Source: an uncultured delta proteobacterium (lineage in GTDB: Bacteria > Desulfobacterota > Binatia > UBA9968). Taken from it: a stretch of DNA of 64,000 bases. The stretch is from the NCBI GenBank assembly GCA_963728565.1, contig CAVSLC010000013.1, forward strand, positions 256,001 through 320,000, written 5' to 3'. The notes beneath the pieces were generated by a model. It was not told where the DNA came from. It searched no databases and saw only the letters and a program-made list of their open reading frames with translations. The position numbers and the translations under genes are program-made. Shown in pieces: positions 51,856 through 63,887 of the stretch; the first letter of the stretch is position 1, and each line of letters opens with the position of its first letter.

Positions 51856-52953
51856 TCAAACGATAATGCTGATAGCGGATCGGTCGATCAAGAGAAAGGT
51901 CTTGCCGCGCTCTCCATCCACGTTGATCATGGGACACAACTTATGCGAGGTAACCACCAGCTCCCGTGAGCCGAGTTGAATATGATGATCGGTAAGACCG
52001 CCGCGAGATTCTCGACTGGTCATTTGTCCTTGGAGCATATTATCGCTCCCGGCTGCAAAAGCTTCATGACTCAAGCGGATCTCGCTGGTGCGGATAACCA
52101 CCTGACAAGCTTGCCCCGGTACCACCCGCGGGACCGCCGGAGACCGCAGCGTGGCTCCGTCGAACTCGGCGATCGTTACCAAGCAATTTGCCCCATCGAC
52201 CTCGACGATTTTACCTTCAACCAAGGTCGAGTGGCCAATAAAGGACGCGACAAACTTATGAGCCGGACGGTTATAGATTTCGTCGGGAGATCCATATTGG
52301 AGAATCTTGCCACTTTCCATGACGATAACTGAATCCGAGATGGTGAAAGCCTCCTCCTGATCATGGGTGACATAGAGCGCGCTGATACCGACCTTCTTGA
52401 TTAGCTTTTTAAGCTCGCTACGCATCTCTTCGCGCAGTTTGGCGTCGAGATTGCTCAGCGGCTCGTCGAGCAAGATGAGTCGCGGCTCCAGCGCTAAACT
52501 TCGCGCCAATGCTACGCGTTGCTGTTGGCCGCCGCTCAGCTGGGAAGGATAGCGTTCCTCCTTACCCTGTAAACCGACCAGCTCAAGGGCATTGAAAACC
52601 TTGCGTCGAACCTCGTCTGCCGGCAGCTTTCGTAGCTTCAGACCAAACGCAACGTTCTTGAACACGGTCATGTGCGGCCAAAGCGCGTAATTCTGAAAAA
52701 CGAAACCAATCTCCCTGGCATAAGGCGGGACAAGGATACCCTGCTCAATCGACGTCTGAACCTGATCGGCGATGGAGATGGAACCTCCATCGGGAACCTC
52801 GAGTCCGGCAATAGATCTCAGTAAGGTGGTTTTCCCGCACCCAGAAGGTCCGAGAAAGGAAAGAATGCCGTGGTCAAATTCAAAGCTCACGTCGTCGAGA
52901 GCCTGAACCTCACTGAACCGCTTACGCAATCGTTCGATCTTTAAGATAGCCAT
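51856..52953 (-). CDS. ABC ATP-binding protein
   Basis: [16 protein letters not shown] and DEPLSNLD motifs. Confidence 0.93.
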   Translation of the reverse strand: MAILKIERLRKRFSEVQALDDVSFEFDHGILSFLGPSGCGKTTLLRSIAGLEVPDGGSISIADQVQTSIEQGILVPPYAREIGFVFQNYALWPHMTVFKNVAFGLKLRKLPADEVRRKVFNALELVGLQGKEERYPSQLSGGQQQRVALARSLALEPRLILLDEPLSNLDAKLREEMRSELKKLIKKVGISALYVTHDQEEAFTISDSVIVMESGKILQYGSPDEIYNRPAHKFVASFIGHSTLVEGKIVEVDGANCLVTIAEFDGATLRSPAVPRVVPGQACQVVIRTSEIRLSHEAFAAGSDNMLQGQMTSRESRGGLTDHHIQLGSRELVVTSHKLCPMINVDGERGKTFLLIDRSAISIIV

Positions 52954-53446
52954 GGCTTGCGGGCAAAAAGCTCGAGCACAAACAATGTCAACACCGACCC
53001 CTTATCTGCTTCAGTGTAAGTTCTGGTTGAAGGTAGTACAGGCAAATTCACACTCTCTGCTCATCGCGTCCCGACCGATCTTGGTTGTTTAACTGCCTGG
53101 GGGTGCGTCACCGAATTCGACACCAGGATGATGATACACCGTTCTTGCCCCCGGCCGATAAGCCGCCAGCGACGAACTGAAATTCTTCTACTCTAAAGGC
53201 GATGGAAATGGAAACCAAATCGTGGGAGCGAATCCAACATCCGGACCAACAACAACCATGCGAAACCGTAGCAGACGAGTTGCTGGGGAATTCTTTTCTG
53301 ACTTGAAGCTATCAGCGCCAATTTGAAGTCGCTGCGAGCGCCAGATTCTGCTGCTTTCCTATCCCTTGCCAAAAATAAATCCTGTGATACATAACCGTCC
53401 GTTTTTGGTTCGGAGATGCTTAAATGGAGATACTCACCTAATCAAG

Positions 53447-53671
53447 ATGCGGAATTTTTTATCGAAATTCAGGGAAGACCTATTGCCTGTTTCTCTTTTA
53501 ATGCTTTTTTTTCTGGGCCTTTACCTGTTCCTGGCTGCATTCTTAATCACCACGTTCCAAGGAGACTACGTCACCAGTTCGGCAACCCCGCCCGCGTGCG
53601 ATCCTCCCGACGCTCTCTTGAGGAGGACGCCGCGCTCTAAGGTGACAGCTCCGCGAGCGCTCTGCACATAG
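53447..53671 (+). CDS. Small single-TM protein
   Basis: Hydrophobic stretch LLMLFFLGLYLFLAAFLI. Confidence 0.4.
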   Translation: MRNFLSKFREDLLPVSLLMLFFLGLYLFLAAFLITTFQGDYVTSSATPPACDPPDALLRRTPRSKVTAPRALCT

Positions 53672-53755
53672 TTGCAGGGCGCTTAGCCGCTGACTCATGT
53701 CAAGGGAGCGACCTGTTATTTAATCCCTAGAAATTTTCAATGTCGGAGGTGCGAC

Positions 53756-53833
53756 ATGGTAATAGACTCGGTACTAAGAATATCGATGTTTCTTGGAATA
53801 CTTGCGTCGCTGATGCTATGGCTTTTTCTGTAG
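53756..53833 (+). CDS. 25-aa hydrophobic peptide
   Basis: GGAGGT RBS; MVIDSVLRISMFLGILASLMLWLFL. Confidence 0.4.
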   Translation: MVIDSVLRISMFLGILASLMLWLFL

Positions 53834-53912
53834 TTGCGCGGGACTAGGAACGTCTATTGTAAACTTCTATGGGGGCTATTGAATAATCCTTGGAGGCCGG
53901 TACATTGGGAGC

Positions 53913-54056
53913 ATGGATTCTATCGACCTGATGTTGGCAGTTTTAGGAGCTGTGTCGGCCGGATTTGGTGTTGTTCTCATGATTCATGAGTGGCGAAAAC
54001 TCGACTCTTTCAGGCGTCGTCTCACTCCATCCAATAAAATCATTCTTCGTGAGTAA
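53913..54056 (+). CDS. 47-aa single-TM protein
   Basis: GGGAG RBS; MDSIDLMLAVLGAVSAGFGVVLMIHEWRK.. Confidence 0.45.
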   Translation: MDSIDLMLAVLGAVSAGFGVVLMIHEWRKLDSFRRRLTPSNKIILRE

Positions 54057-54341
54057 CATCCACGGCGAAACACCTCAGCTTCACCGAATCAGCAGCTCCG
54101 CACTCGCTTACTAAACTTGGATCCCTTGTTCGATGGTGCCGCTTAATAGTGAATGCACTCGGGTTATCTAGCATTCAATAGCGGTGAGCCTCGAGATTAG
54201 AGTAGAACAGTTAGAGCGACGGCTCATAAGGGGCTAGTGCAGCCGCTTTGCATTCTAGGCTGGCATTTCATAGCTTTGCTGCCATCGGCATAGCTGCGGT
54301 TGAACAGCTTGGACTCGGGTCAAAGATTTAGTGGGCCCGAG

Positions 54342-55163
54342 TTAGTCAGCGACCTTGATAACTTTTGACTTCTTCAAGGCCTTCCAGTCCTGATCTTTTT
54401 CGAGCAGCTCCACCGGGAACTGTCGCTGGATCCTCTCAAAGACAATTCCTTTCTTGGCATCGTAAGTAGCATGGACCAGCAGCGCTGATGTCCAACCACC
54501 TTCCTTTAGCCTTCTTAGTCGCAATAATTCGGTAAATGAGCCGTTGCGCGCGAATATGGAGATATTGTATCGAATGTACTCTTCCTTGGGATCGATGGGG
54601 TACACGCCTAAGGGTTGCCACAAGTCTCGAGATAGAAAGTCGATTGTTCCGAAGGTTCGTGTACCAACGAGAAGGCTGGGAGAGCCGGATTTTATCGCGG
54701 AGTCTACGGCATTCAAATCAGTGATGTTCAACCGAATATCAAATACCGGATATTTTCCTTTTTGCACGAGGTGCGCCATAAGGCCCTCGGGTATCGGACC
54801 CATATCTACAAAGCAGAAACTGTCCCCTCCGGTAGCCTCGTTGACGGTGTCCTTGGTTACAGCCGCCAAACCCTTGATGCTTTCCACAGTCGCTTCGAAA
54901 GCCTTTTGATTTTCACTGATAGAATTCGTGATGCTGTCGGCTATCGATTTGAAAGCTTCTCTTTCCGCTTGACGAGCATGTGCCTGCTCCTTGTCAAGCT
55001 CGACTCTGGAGGTATGCAAACTGTGTATTTCCGCAGCAATTAACAGAAGGCAAATGCTCGACAGGAGGGCTTGAATCCAGCGTTTCCCTGGCGGCCAAAG
55101 AGCCACCAAAATTGCGACGATTGCAAGTGCGACGATGTATGTTCCAGGCGGAGGCGAATACAC
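54342..55163 (-). CDS. Hypothetical membrane protein (2 TM plus coiled coil)
   Basis: 273-aa ORF; no family recognised. Confidence 0.6.
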   Translation of the reverse strand: MYSPPPGTYIVALAIVAILVALWPPGKRWIQALLSSICLLLIAAEIHSLHTSRVELDKEQAHARQAEREAFKSIADSITNSISENQKAFEATVESIKGLAAVTKDTVNEATGGDSFCFVDMGPIPEGLMAHLVQKGKYPVFDIRLNITDLNAVDSAIKSGSPSLLVGTRTFGTIDFLSRDLWQPLGVYPIDPKEEYIRYNISIFARNGSFTELLRLRRLKEGGWTSALLVHATYDAKKGIVFERIQRQFPVELLEKDQDWKALKKSKVIKVAD

Positions 55164-55287
55164 GGTGCTTTTTAAACCACTCGCGCCATCGATCGCGACT
55201 CATAGGGGTATAAAAACTTGTCGGACCATAGTTGGTCAGAATAGATTATCGATCTAAGGGTGAGATGCTTAATGCTAATCGAGGATT

Positions 55288-55331
55288 TGGCGCGCCCGGA
55301 GGGATTTGAATCCCAACCCCCAAATTCATAA
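55288..55331 (-). mobile_element. Degenerate duplicate of the tRNA-Arg 3' half (att site)
   Basis: TGGCGCGCCCGGAGGGATTTGAA is identical to 56368-56390, followed by a mismatched continuation. Confidence 0.8.
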
Positions 55332-55612
55332 TTCATTCCAAGGCAGAATCACAAAGAACGAGCTGAAAAACAAGGGGCAGATTCCGGTTCTCGGGCTGGC
55401 CGTTCTCTCTGTCTTCCAGCTCACTTACGTAATTGTAGACGCCTCATGAGGCCTATACTCAGGCTTCCAGCAAGGCCGGCAGATGGCCCGTGATCGTGCC
55501 GAAGATGGAATCGTAAGACACGGCATGGGAGGTTCGGACGCTCCTATTATCCATCAGACCGAATGCGCCGGCGCTGCATTCAATTCAGCACTCCCGGTCA
55601 GTGCCTTGGGCT

Positions 55613-55800
55613 TCACGTTCCGGTTAAACTTCGAAACCTTTTTATCAGAGAGGAGTGTGACTTTGCAGATAATTTTCCTCTGGATCGAAAAATAAACCGA
55701 TCTCCCTGTGACTCGCGAACATGTTCCTCGTACATGATTTTAACGCCGGATTTCTTCAGGTCGGCTACGACCGTTGTGACATCCTTGGGCAACTCCAATG
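55613..55800 (-). pseudogene. VOC/glyoxalase fragment
   Basis: VADLKKSGVKI.., then a shifted FDPEENYLQ motif. Confidence 0.45.
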
Positions 55801-56367
55801 ATAGATGGGAAACTCCCGACGCTAGCAGTTGTCGGACAAAAACGACGCATCAACAATGGGTGATCGAGTTCAGTAGAGAACAGATTGGCTCTCAATATCC
55901 AACCAACGTTGACTGGACGGAAAGGCTCACGAGGATATGAGCTTTCGGACGATGCCAACAAATCTGGAATGATTGCGCTTGGCGCGAATTCATTCCGGGG
56001 GATCCGGACACTGGCTTACGATTTCGCTCTTCCCTGACAGTATTTTCTTTCCTTAAGCGACGAGACTAAATTACCCAACGATCAGAATCCAGGGCAATCT
56101 AAATTCCTTGATTGAAGAGAAGGGAGTTCCGGCGCTCATAGAATACGGAATTTCGCACTGGCGTTCGGAGGGCTACTCGCCGGGTTGTCGCGCTTAGGTC
56201 ATTCTTCGATCAAGGTGACGGGTTGATACTAACGTTCACTTAGTTCCGGGTGGAAATCGTCAAGCAGTGGACAAGCTCGCTCAGCGGCTAACCATTATGG
56301 AGAAGACGGAAGCAACGGCCTGATTCACGGCACAGTGGCAACAATTGGAGAAAAGGCTAGATCGTAA

Positions 56368-56444
56368 TGGCGCGCCCGGAGGGATTTGAACCCCCAACCC
56401 CCAGATTCGTAGTCTGGTGCTCTGTCCAATTGAGCTACGGGCGC
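56368..56444 (-). tRNA. tRNA-Arg(ACG)
   Basis: GCGCCCGTAGCTCA..CCAGA-CTACGAA-TCTGG..TTCAAATC..CCA. Confidence 0.95.
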
Positions 56445-56780
56445 TTGGCAAACCACACTGACTTCACGAGCACATCGGGAATCCTGGAACAGTATACGAA
56501 TCGATCCTCTCAGGCTGAGATCCGACGCTTATTGCCGGAAGAGAGAAATTAGCATAGCGAATATCGCTTTTCTAGGCATGATCACGTCTCACGTGTGCCT
56601 GAGAGACAGCTTGGAAGTGTTGTCGAGCCGGATCCCCTATCTGCGTTGAGATGCATTCGATCAGCCCCTGCTTGAGAGCTTTTAATGCATTACGTTTAGG
56701 CTGCGGATTGGGTAAAGCAAAGGACTTGACGCCCATTTATCTAATGGATAAACAGAGCTGACAGGATTGGAGGATTAATC

Positions 56781-57281
56781 ATGCCAGCTACCCTCGAGTC
56801 ATTTGCTTTTGAGTGCCGTCAAATTCTTAAAGCGGATCCCGGGCCGGCGGGCCGGGAACAGGTACGCCAACTCGTTCAACAGATTCTTAAAGATGAAACG
56901 TTCGTCACGACCTACATCAACGACAACACACCCGATCGTCAGGTGATTTACGAGGATCCGGAACTCGGTTTCTGCATCTGCGCCCACATGAACCGGGGCG
57001 CTAAAGAAGCAAATCCTCACGATCACGGCAGTTCCTGGGCGATATACGGCCAGGCATTTGGGGAAACGGAGATGAGCGAGTGGGAAATCGTTGAGCCTGC
57101 TAGCGAAGCCAAGCCCGGCAAAGTGCGCCGTACGAAAGTTTACTCTCTCAAACCCGGGATGGCGCACCTTTATAACGAGAGCGAAGTGCATTCACCCAAG
57201 CGAGTTACCGCAACCGGGCTCATTCGCATCGAGGGAACCGATACCCAGAAGTTGAAGCGATTGCCCTATAAGGCGATTTGA
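56781..57281 (+). CDS. Cupin (thiol-dioxygenase-like) protein
   Basis: PHDHGSSWAIYG and VHSP motifs; GGAGG RBS. Confidence 0.78.
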   Translation: MPATLESFAFECRQILKADPGPAGREQVRQLVQQILKDETFVTTYINDNTPDRQVIYEDPELGFCICAHMNRGAKEANPHDHGSSWAIYGQAFGETEMSEWEIVEPASEAKPGKVRRTKVYSLKPGMAHLYNESEVHSPKRVTATGLIRIEGTDTQKLKRLPYKAI

Positions 57282-59853
57282 TTAAGAGATTCGATCAGTC
57301 TGGGACTTAGTACACTCGCAGACAATCTCACGCGCATCTTTATCGTCACGCAAGCCAACAAACTTGGCTGCTCGAAGATGCTTATCCGGAGTCCATTCAA
57401 CAAATTCAACTTGGGCGATCAACTGCGGCTTCAGCCAAACGCAATTTTTCATCTCCTCACGTGTTAACGCCCACTGAGTGCGTCTTTTCTCAGGCAGGTT
57501 GGCAAATGGGCAAGAGTTCTCCTCTAAGCCGGCAAACTTTTGAGCGATCTCGCGTCTCACACGGGGCACAAACCCATTTCTTACCTTGGCAGCGTACAAC
57601 AAGCTGTCACCTTCATAGTAGCCGACAATGAGCGCGTCGAACGGATTACCTGGTGTGTATCCTCCGATGACGAAAGGTTGAACCTTGTTTATCTTGTACT
57701 TGAGCCAAGACCGACTCCGCTTTCCGGCTTGATAGAGCGAGTCTTTCCTTTTGGCAATAATGCCCTCCAGCGATAAGTCCTTTGCCGCGGCAACGATCTC
57801 GTGCGGTGAGCCGTCGATGCTTTCCGACATCCTTATAGGATCGGCAATGTTTTCCAACAAGATGCCCAGCAACTCACGCCTTTTCTCGAGGGCAACGCCC
57901 ATAAGATTTTTATTCCCCTGGGCTAGAAGGTCGAACACATAGAAATGGATCTGTTTGGCGGTGAAGCGAAAATTCTGCAGAAGATTGAATGACGGTCTAC
58001 CGTTATTATCGAGCGCCACTATTTCGCCATCGAGGATCATTCCCGGTTCTACGCTTTCGAGGGCTTTTACGATGGTCGGAAAACGCGAATTCAGCAAATT
58101 CTTCTTTCGCGAGTACAGCTTTACGCCGCTTTCATCGCGCAGGGCCAGGCAACGATAGCCGTCAAGCTTTATTTCATAACTCCATACGGTCAGAATCCTC
58201 CGGCAACTCGTCGACGGTCTCGGACAGCATCGGCTCGATGAACCTGATGCGTATCTCGGGCAACTCGATAGCCGAAATCCCGTCGCCGTTAGTTCGTCGC
58301 GATCTTCTTTGCCGCAGTTCTGTTGCTGTGCCAGACGGCGTCCTCCGCTTTGGCAATCTGAGCCAAGACTTCGGCCGGTCAATGCCGAAGAATTGTCTCT
58401 CTTTTCAGAGATGCGCTTCATTGCAGAGGCGGCTTTTATAAGATACCACACATTGCCTTTACCATTGCGGTCATTCCCTTTCACAAGCACCCATTCGCCT
58501 CTGAGCTTCTTGCCGTTTAGAAGAACATGAATTTTTCCTTTCCAAAAATTTCCATCAATGAGCTCGTAAGTTCCAATGTCCCAGACCATCACGGTCCCGC
58601 CGCCGTATTCTCCTGCGGGAATAATCCCTTCAAAGTTGGCGTACTCCATCGGGTGATCTTCCGTCGCCATTGCCAACCTTCGTTCGTGTAGATCATAGGG
58701 CGGCCCCTTGGGGACCGCCCACGATTTCAAAGTGCCGCCCATTTCCGAGTCGGAAATCATAATGAAGGTGACTGGCGGCATGCTTTTGTATGACAAACAG
58801 ACGGCGTCCTCCTTGATCGCTAGTCGTAGGAACAGAAGGCGCCGGTTCCCGGGTCTTAGTGAAGTCTCGTTTGCGACGATAGGGTTCAAGGGCCGCCAGG
58901 CCGGAGTCACCCGGATCACTCAAAACCTGGGGATTGAGCTGCAAGAATGGTTTTGGCAAGGTTTGCTTCAAGCGCAACGACGGCGCAAACAAATCGCCGA
59001 TCTTTTCCAATCTCTTCAATGCCGCCTCTGGTTCAAAAAATAATTTAGAAGCGTCATTTTTATTCAGCGCCGTTTCCAATTCGCGCCAACTTACCGGCAT
59101 AGCGACGAACGGCCTCTCCGCCTTGGCTCTCAAGGAATACACCGCGACTGTCGACTTATGCTCTGAGTTTTGGCTCCAATCGATGAAAACTTTTCCCATG
59201 CGCTTGTGCTTAGCCATCTCCGACACGATCGATTTAGGGTGCTCACTGGCAAGATACTGGGCGACGCTTTGGGCAAACGCCTGCGTCATCTCGTAAGTAA
59301 CATCTGTATTCAGAGGAACGTGGACGTGAATACCTTTGGACCCGGAAACCTTGAGCAAGGATTCGAGTGCCAACCGTTCGAGCAGGTCTCTCAATACAAA
59401 TGCCACCTCGCAGGATTGGACGAGGCTTGCTCCCTCTCCAGGATCAAGATCGAAAACTACCATCGTCGGAACATTGATCTGAGGTGCTTTAGCCAGAAAG
59501 GGGTGGATCTCGAGGTTGGCCAAATTTGCCGACCATACCAGCGTCGGCAGGTCGTTGATCAGGATGTAATTGATCATCGACTCGCTGGAGCTGCGCTGTA
59601 CGCGGTAAGTCTTTATCCAAGCGGGCGTATAAGATGGGGCGTTTTTTTCGTAGAAATGCTTGCCTCTAATGCCATTCGGATAGCGCTTAAGCGTAATCGG
59701 TCGATTTTCGATGTGAGGCAGTATGTAGGGTGCGACCCGGCTATAGAAATCGATTACCTGACCCTTAGTAAAGCCGGTTTCGGGATAAAGTACTTTGTCA
59801 ATGTTCGAAAGAGCGAGTTTTTTGTTGCCGATTTTGACGGACAGCGAAGCCAC
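57282..59853 (-). CDS. ligD: NHEJ DNA ligase D (Pol-PE-Lig); several frameshifts
   Basis: Polymerase (KRYPNG, FDLDPG, SGSKGIH), PE domain (QKHAASHLHYDFRL, SWAVPKGP) and ligase (YEIKLDG, EGIIAK, GLRDDK). Confidence 0.88.
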
Positions 59854-59969
59854 CAGGAAATTCTACCGCGCCATTGGGCAGATGCAATTGCAATCTCTTG
59901 CAAAACTCTGTTGGCGCGCACTGAAGGGCCCGCCCTCACTGAGGGCAAGCCTTTTACCGATCGCGCGCC

Positions 59970-60604
59970 TTATGAATGATTTCGAATCGCCAGTATCAGC
60001 TGCTCCCGATTCAACGCGGAAGCTTGGATATTTAACTCACGGGCTTTGTCATTGAGCTGTTGGTCGGTAAGTTTATCGAGGTCATCAGCGTTGTCTCATC
60101 GCCAGGCTCTTTCTTAGTTTCGCGCCCCGTAGTCCAGGAAGGTGGATCGCTGGCCGGAAAAGAGTCGGCCAATGCATCGTCGATCTCCGGCTCCAAGCTT
60201 GTCTCCCGGTTCGCGCTACCGCCGCGAGTTTCTTCTACAGCCGATTCCTGTGCCGCCCTGGCGGGCGTAAACGGTTTGTTCTCCTCGTCTCGTTTAGACG
60301 CTTCTCCCATCTTCGCCGGCCCCAAAGCTGCGACCAGCCTATTCCACAGCTGATACGGTATCTCCGCCTTCGGCGCATAGTAATTCATCTCTGTAGCCTT
60401 GATGTCGGCGGTTGCGGCAAATGGCACCGGGGCCGGAATCCGCATGTCTAGGTAAACTGCGCCTTGCTTTAATTTGGTCCCAGCCGGAGCGATCGGAATT
60501 TGCGACAACTCGTCGCGCGTAAACTCACCCAAGCGTCCGGCAAGAGCGTCGATATCGGCGGCAGTGCGCGCGCCGGAATCGTTGCGTTTTGAAGAAGCGT
60601 CCAA
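59970..60604 (-). CDS. Hypothetical protein with SFPASDPP motif and Rho_N-like tail; frameshift near 60090
   Basis: SFPASDPPSWT motif; shifted tail DDLDKLTDQQLNDKARELNI..NREQLILAI. Confidence 0.6.
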
Positions 60605-61221
60605 TATTCTGTCCCTCCATCCGCTCAGGATTCAAATCGTCTCTCCACTCAGCTGGATGCTTTTCCTAGTTCTTGCGGTTTAGGTGATCCGGCTTTCTGT
60701 TTCGTTTTTTTCTCGCTCTTGTTTGTTGCCATGCACTGCTCCTGCGAAGTTAATTTGTTTGTGCTAAGCACGCTCTGGCGCGCAGATTTAGTCGCCAAAG
60801 ACGCATTGCTAAAATGACATTCAACCTGTGAGACCATGCGCGCTAGCGCCTAGAGGTAGAGTTCCGCTAATCACGAACCCACGAATTTTTTGTCCAATTC
60901 TGCTCATCCGCCTCTGCATCTTTGCGCAAGTTGTTTTTGAAATAAATAACTACATGAGAATTGTTCTTGTCGTTCTTGCATGATGGACACACCTCCATAG
61001 TCGCTCTAAATCGCAACGGATGTGCCACCCCGCGACCGTACCCAACGGCGCATGCACGAGATCCGTGTTCCATTTCTGCGAAACAGATCCGATCCTGTGA
61101 TCCATTTTCAAAACTGCCTATATTACCTGGCCGAGCCAGGATTCGAACGATAGACTCGACGCTTATTTACTGATAGTTAGCAGTCAGCGGACCTTTTTTG
61201 CTGCGGAACGGAGGGACTGAG

Positions 61222-61581
61222 ATGATTTTATCAAGAAACGCGGACGTGAAATCGCTCGTCGTCAAATCGATCGAGGGCAAGCAGATGAACGGTGATTTGC
61301 TAGTTAAGCCGCTTATCAAAGGCGATGAAATGACACTCCTGGAAATTCACTATACACCTGGTGTCGGAGCGCCTCTACATGTTCACGAACACGAATCCTT
61401 GGCCTACGTTGTAAAAGGCAAGGTCAAGATGACGGTTGGCAAAGAAACCTACATTCTCGGGCCAGGCGATGTTTGCCGGCATCCTCAGGGCGTACCGCAC
61501 GGCGTCGAAGGGATCGACGAATCCATTGTCGTTGAAATCAAATCCCCGGCTCCTGAAATTTCTACCTTCTTGGGGATGTAA
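61222..61581 (+). CDS. Cupin_2 protein
   Basis: HVHEHE..PHG motif. Confidence 0.85.
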   Translation: MILSRNADVKSLVVKSIEGKQMNGDLLVKPLIKGDEMTLLEIHYTPGVGAPLHVHEHESLAYVVKGKVKMTVGKETYILGPGDVCRHPQGVPHGVEGIDESIVVEIKSPAPEISTFLGM

Positions 61582-61620
61582 CCGCTCGAACACAACAGCA
61601 CGTTGCGCAGGAGAACAGAT

Positions 61621-61983
61621 ATGCCCGGAAAAGCAAAATATTTAATGATCGCGAGCATGGACGTCGATCCGGAACACGATGCCATATTCAATGAGGTTTA
61701 CGATAAAGAACATGTTCCGAACTTAGGCAAGGTGCCGGGTGTTCTGGGCATCACTCGATACCGCCGAGGTGAGCTCACGATGAATATCGGGGGCGAGCGC
61801 AAGACCATCGAAATTCCCAATGAACCCAGCTATACCGCCATTTACGAATTGGAAAGCCCCGACGTTCTAACCAGCGCAGCCTGGGATAAAGCGATTGAAG
61901 ACGGCCGCTGGCCGAGCCAGGTGAGACCTTACACAAAGAATCGACGCCACGTGCTCCTGAAGCTTATGGAGCCGGAGAAGTAA
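61621..61983 (+). CDS. Dimeric alpha/beta barrel (EthD-like) protein
   Basis: FNEVYDKEHVP..VPGV..YTAIYELES. Confidence 0.7.
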   Translation: MPGKAKYLMIASMDVDPEHDAIFNEVYDKEHVPNLGKVPGVLGITRYRRGELTMNIGGERKTIEIPNEPSYTAIYELESPDVLTSAAWDKAIEDGRWPSQVRPYTKNRRHVLLKLMEPEK

Positions 61984-62074
61984 TCTTTACTGCCATTAAA
62001 TCTATTCCGTCGCGGGCCGTGCTGTGCGAGTTTCTGACGAGCTAAGTCAACTACGAAGGATGTGACCTTTACGC

Positions 62075-62551
62075 CTAATCGCGTCTTCGCGCAAGCTCCA
62101 AGAAATTGGTTAATTTTTCGGCAATTTCTTCGGCGCCGATCACTGCAGCGTGTTGCTCGAAGAGTGGAAACAGCTCGCGTTCTTCTCTGCGAATGTGCCG
62201 CTCTAAAAGGTCTCCAAGATCGAAAATCACTTTTCCTAAACCTACAGTCGTCTGCAACTTTGGAATAGCCAGACGCACGCTTTCGTGATCGCGCATAAGA
62301 TCAGCGATCAGCTCTTCGCTCTCAGGCACGTGCAAGCTCATTTTCGGAAAAAGAATCTCCTCTTCAGCCTCAAAGTGCGACCTAAGCTCAGCCGCATATA
62401 GAGTAAGAAACTCACCCGCGCGCAGTCGCAAGCCTTCCGCGCCGGTTGGTTTGATTTGTCCCAAGGCTTGCTTGCGGCAGCGTAATGCGAGCGCCAAACA
62501 ATGGTGGTGGTCATGGGAAAGAGGAATCAAGCCGGGGTGTCGTTTAGGCAT
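62075..62551 (-). CDS. Hemerythrin-domain protein
   Basis: SHDHH, HFEAEE and HIRREERELF motifs. Confidence 0.82.
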   Translation of the reverse strand: MPKRHPGLIPLSHDHHHCLALALRCRKQALGQIKPTGAEGLRLRAGEFLTLYAAELRSHFEAEEEILFPKMSLHVPESEELIADLMRDHESVRLAIPKLQTTVGLGKVIFDLGDLLERHIRREERELFPLFEQHAAVIGAEEIAEKLTNFLELARRRD

Positions 62552-62617
62552 ACTGGAATGATTAGCGGAACTGTTCTGACCAGACCCACCGCTAGCATGA
62601 TGAGGCAGTACAATCGT

Positions 62618-63791
62618 TCAGATTGTCCCCTTTGCTCTCAAAGCCTCAATCGCCGCCGCGTCATAACCCAGCGAGCTTAAAATATCATCGGCATGCTCGC
62701 CTAAAATGGGCGGCGGTTTATCTATGGTCGGGGGCGTGCGGCTCATATCAACCGCATTACCGACCATCTTAACATCGCCCATTTTCGGGTGAGTGATGAT
62801 TTGCGGAAAGCCGTATTCACGAACTTGCGGATCGTCAAACACCTCGTCCAAAGTATTCAGCGGCGCCGCGGGGACATCGTTTTCAATCAGTTGCTGCAAC
62901 CATTCTTCCCTTCGACCGCGTTTAAAGATTTCTTGCATGACCTTCATAGAGGCTGTCGTAATTAGCGATTCGGCCCTGCCGATTATTAAAGCGCGCGTCA
63001 TTGCTCCACTCCGTCCTTCCGACCACCTTGAAGAGTGCATTCCAGAACTTGTCAGGGGAGGACATGTGCAGGATGAACGGCAGATTTTGTTGATCAACGA
63101 AGGCGAAGACGCCGGCGGTCGTGGTTCTATGCTTACGCCGGGGCACGTGTCCAGTTTCGAAATAGCGCGCGGCGTTTTCACCAATAAAAGAGATTGAAGC
63201 TCTGAGCAATGACGTTTCAACCAGTTGACCCTGTCCAGTCAGCATTCGATTCATGAGAGCTGCCAAAACACCGTAGCATGCGTACATACCCGTCAAGTGA
63301 TCCGAAAAGGAAATCCCCATGCCTTGAGGTTTGTCCGGATCAGTAAGTAAACTGAGCAGGCCGCTTCGCGCCTGGCCAATGGTGTCATAACCGGGCATGT
63401 CCCGGTAAGGTCCCTTCGGGCCGAAGCCGGAGATTGAGCAGTAAACGAGCTTTGAATTGACCTTGCGGACGTCCTCGTAGCCGAGCCTGCGTTTTTCCAT
63501 CACGCCCGGGCGAAAGTTTTGGATCAAAACATCGCTTTGTGCGGCCAGCTTCAGAACGATCTCCCGGGCTTGGTCATGGCGCAGATCCAAGGTTAAGCTT
63601 CTTTTGTTTCTGTTGAGACTACAAAAGGTGGCGGAGTAGTTCTTTTCACCCCACCCGCGGAATGGATCACCACGCTTCGGCTCCTCAATCTTAACGACAT
63701 CGGCCCCCATGTCGGCTAGGAGTTGCGAAGCGAACGGGCCCGTCACATAACTCGCAAGTTCAATGACCTTGATTCCAGCTAAAGCGCTCAT
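62618..63791 (-). CDS. CoA-transferase family III (CaiB/BaiF); frameshift near 62945
   Basis: GPF..GADVVKIE, NRNKRS, NFRPG, GYD and PPILGEH motifs. Confidence 0.88.
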
Positions 63792-63887
63792 TGATAACTT
63801 TCCGCCGCTGACGCAAATCGGCTTATGGGTTGAGTATCATCTTCCTAACTGTGGGTGACGTACGAAGTCAAGGGCGAGCAACGTCGC

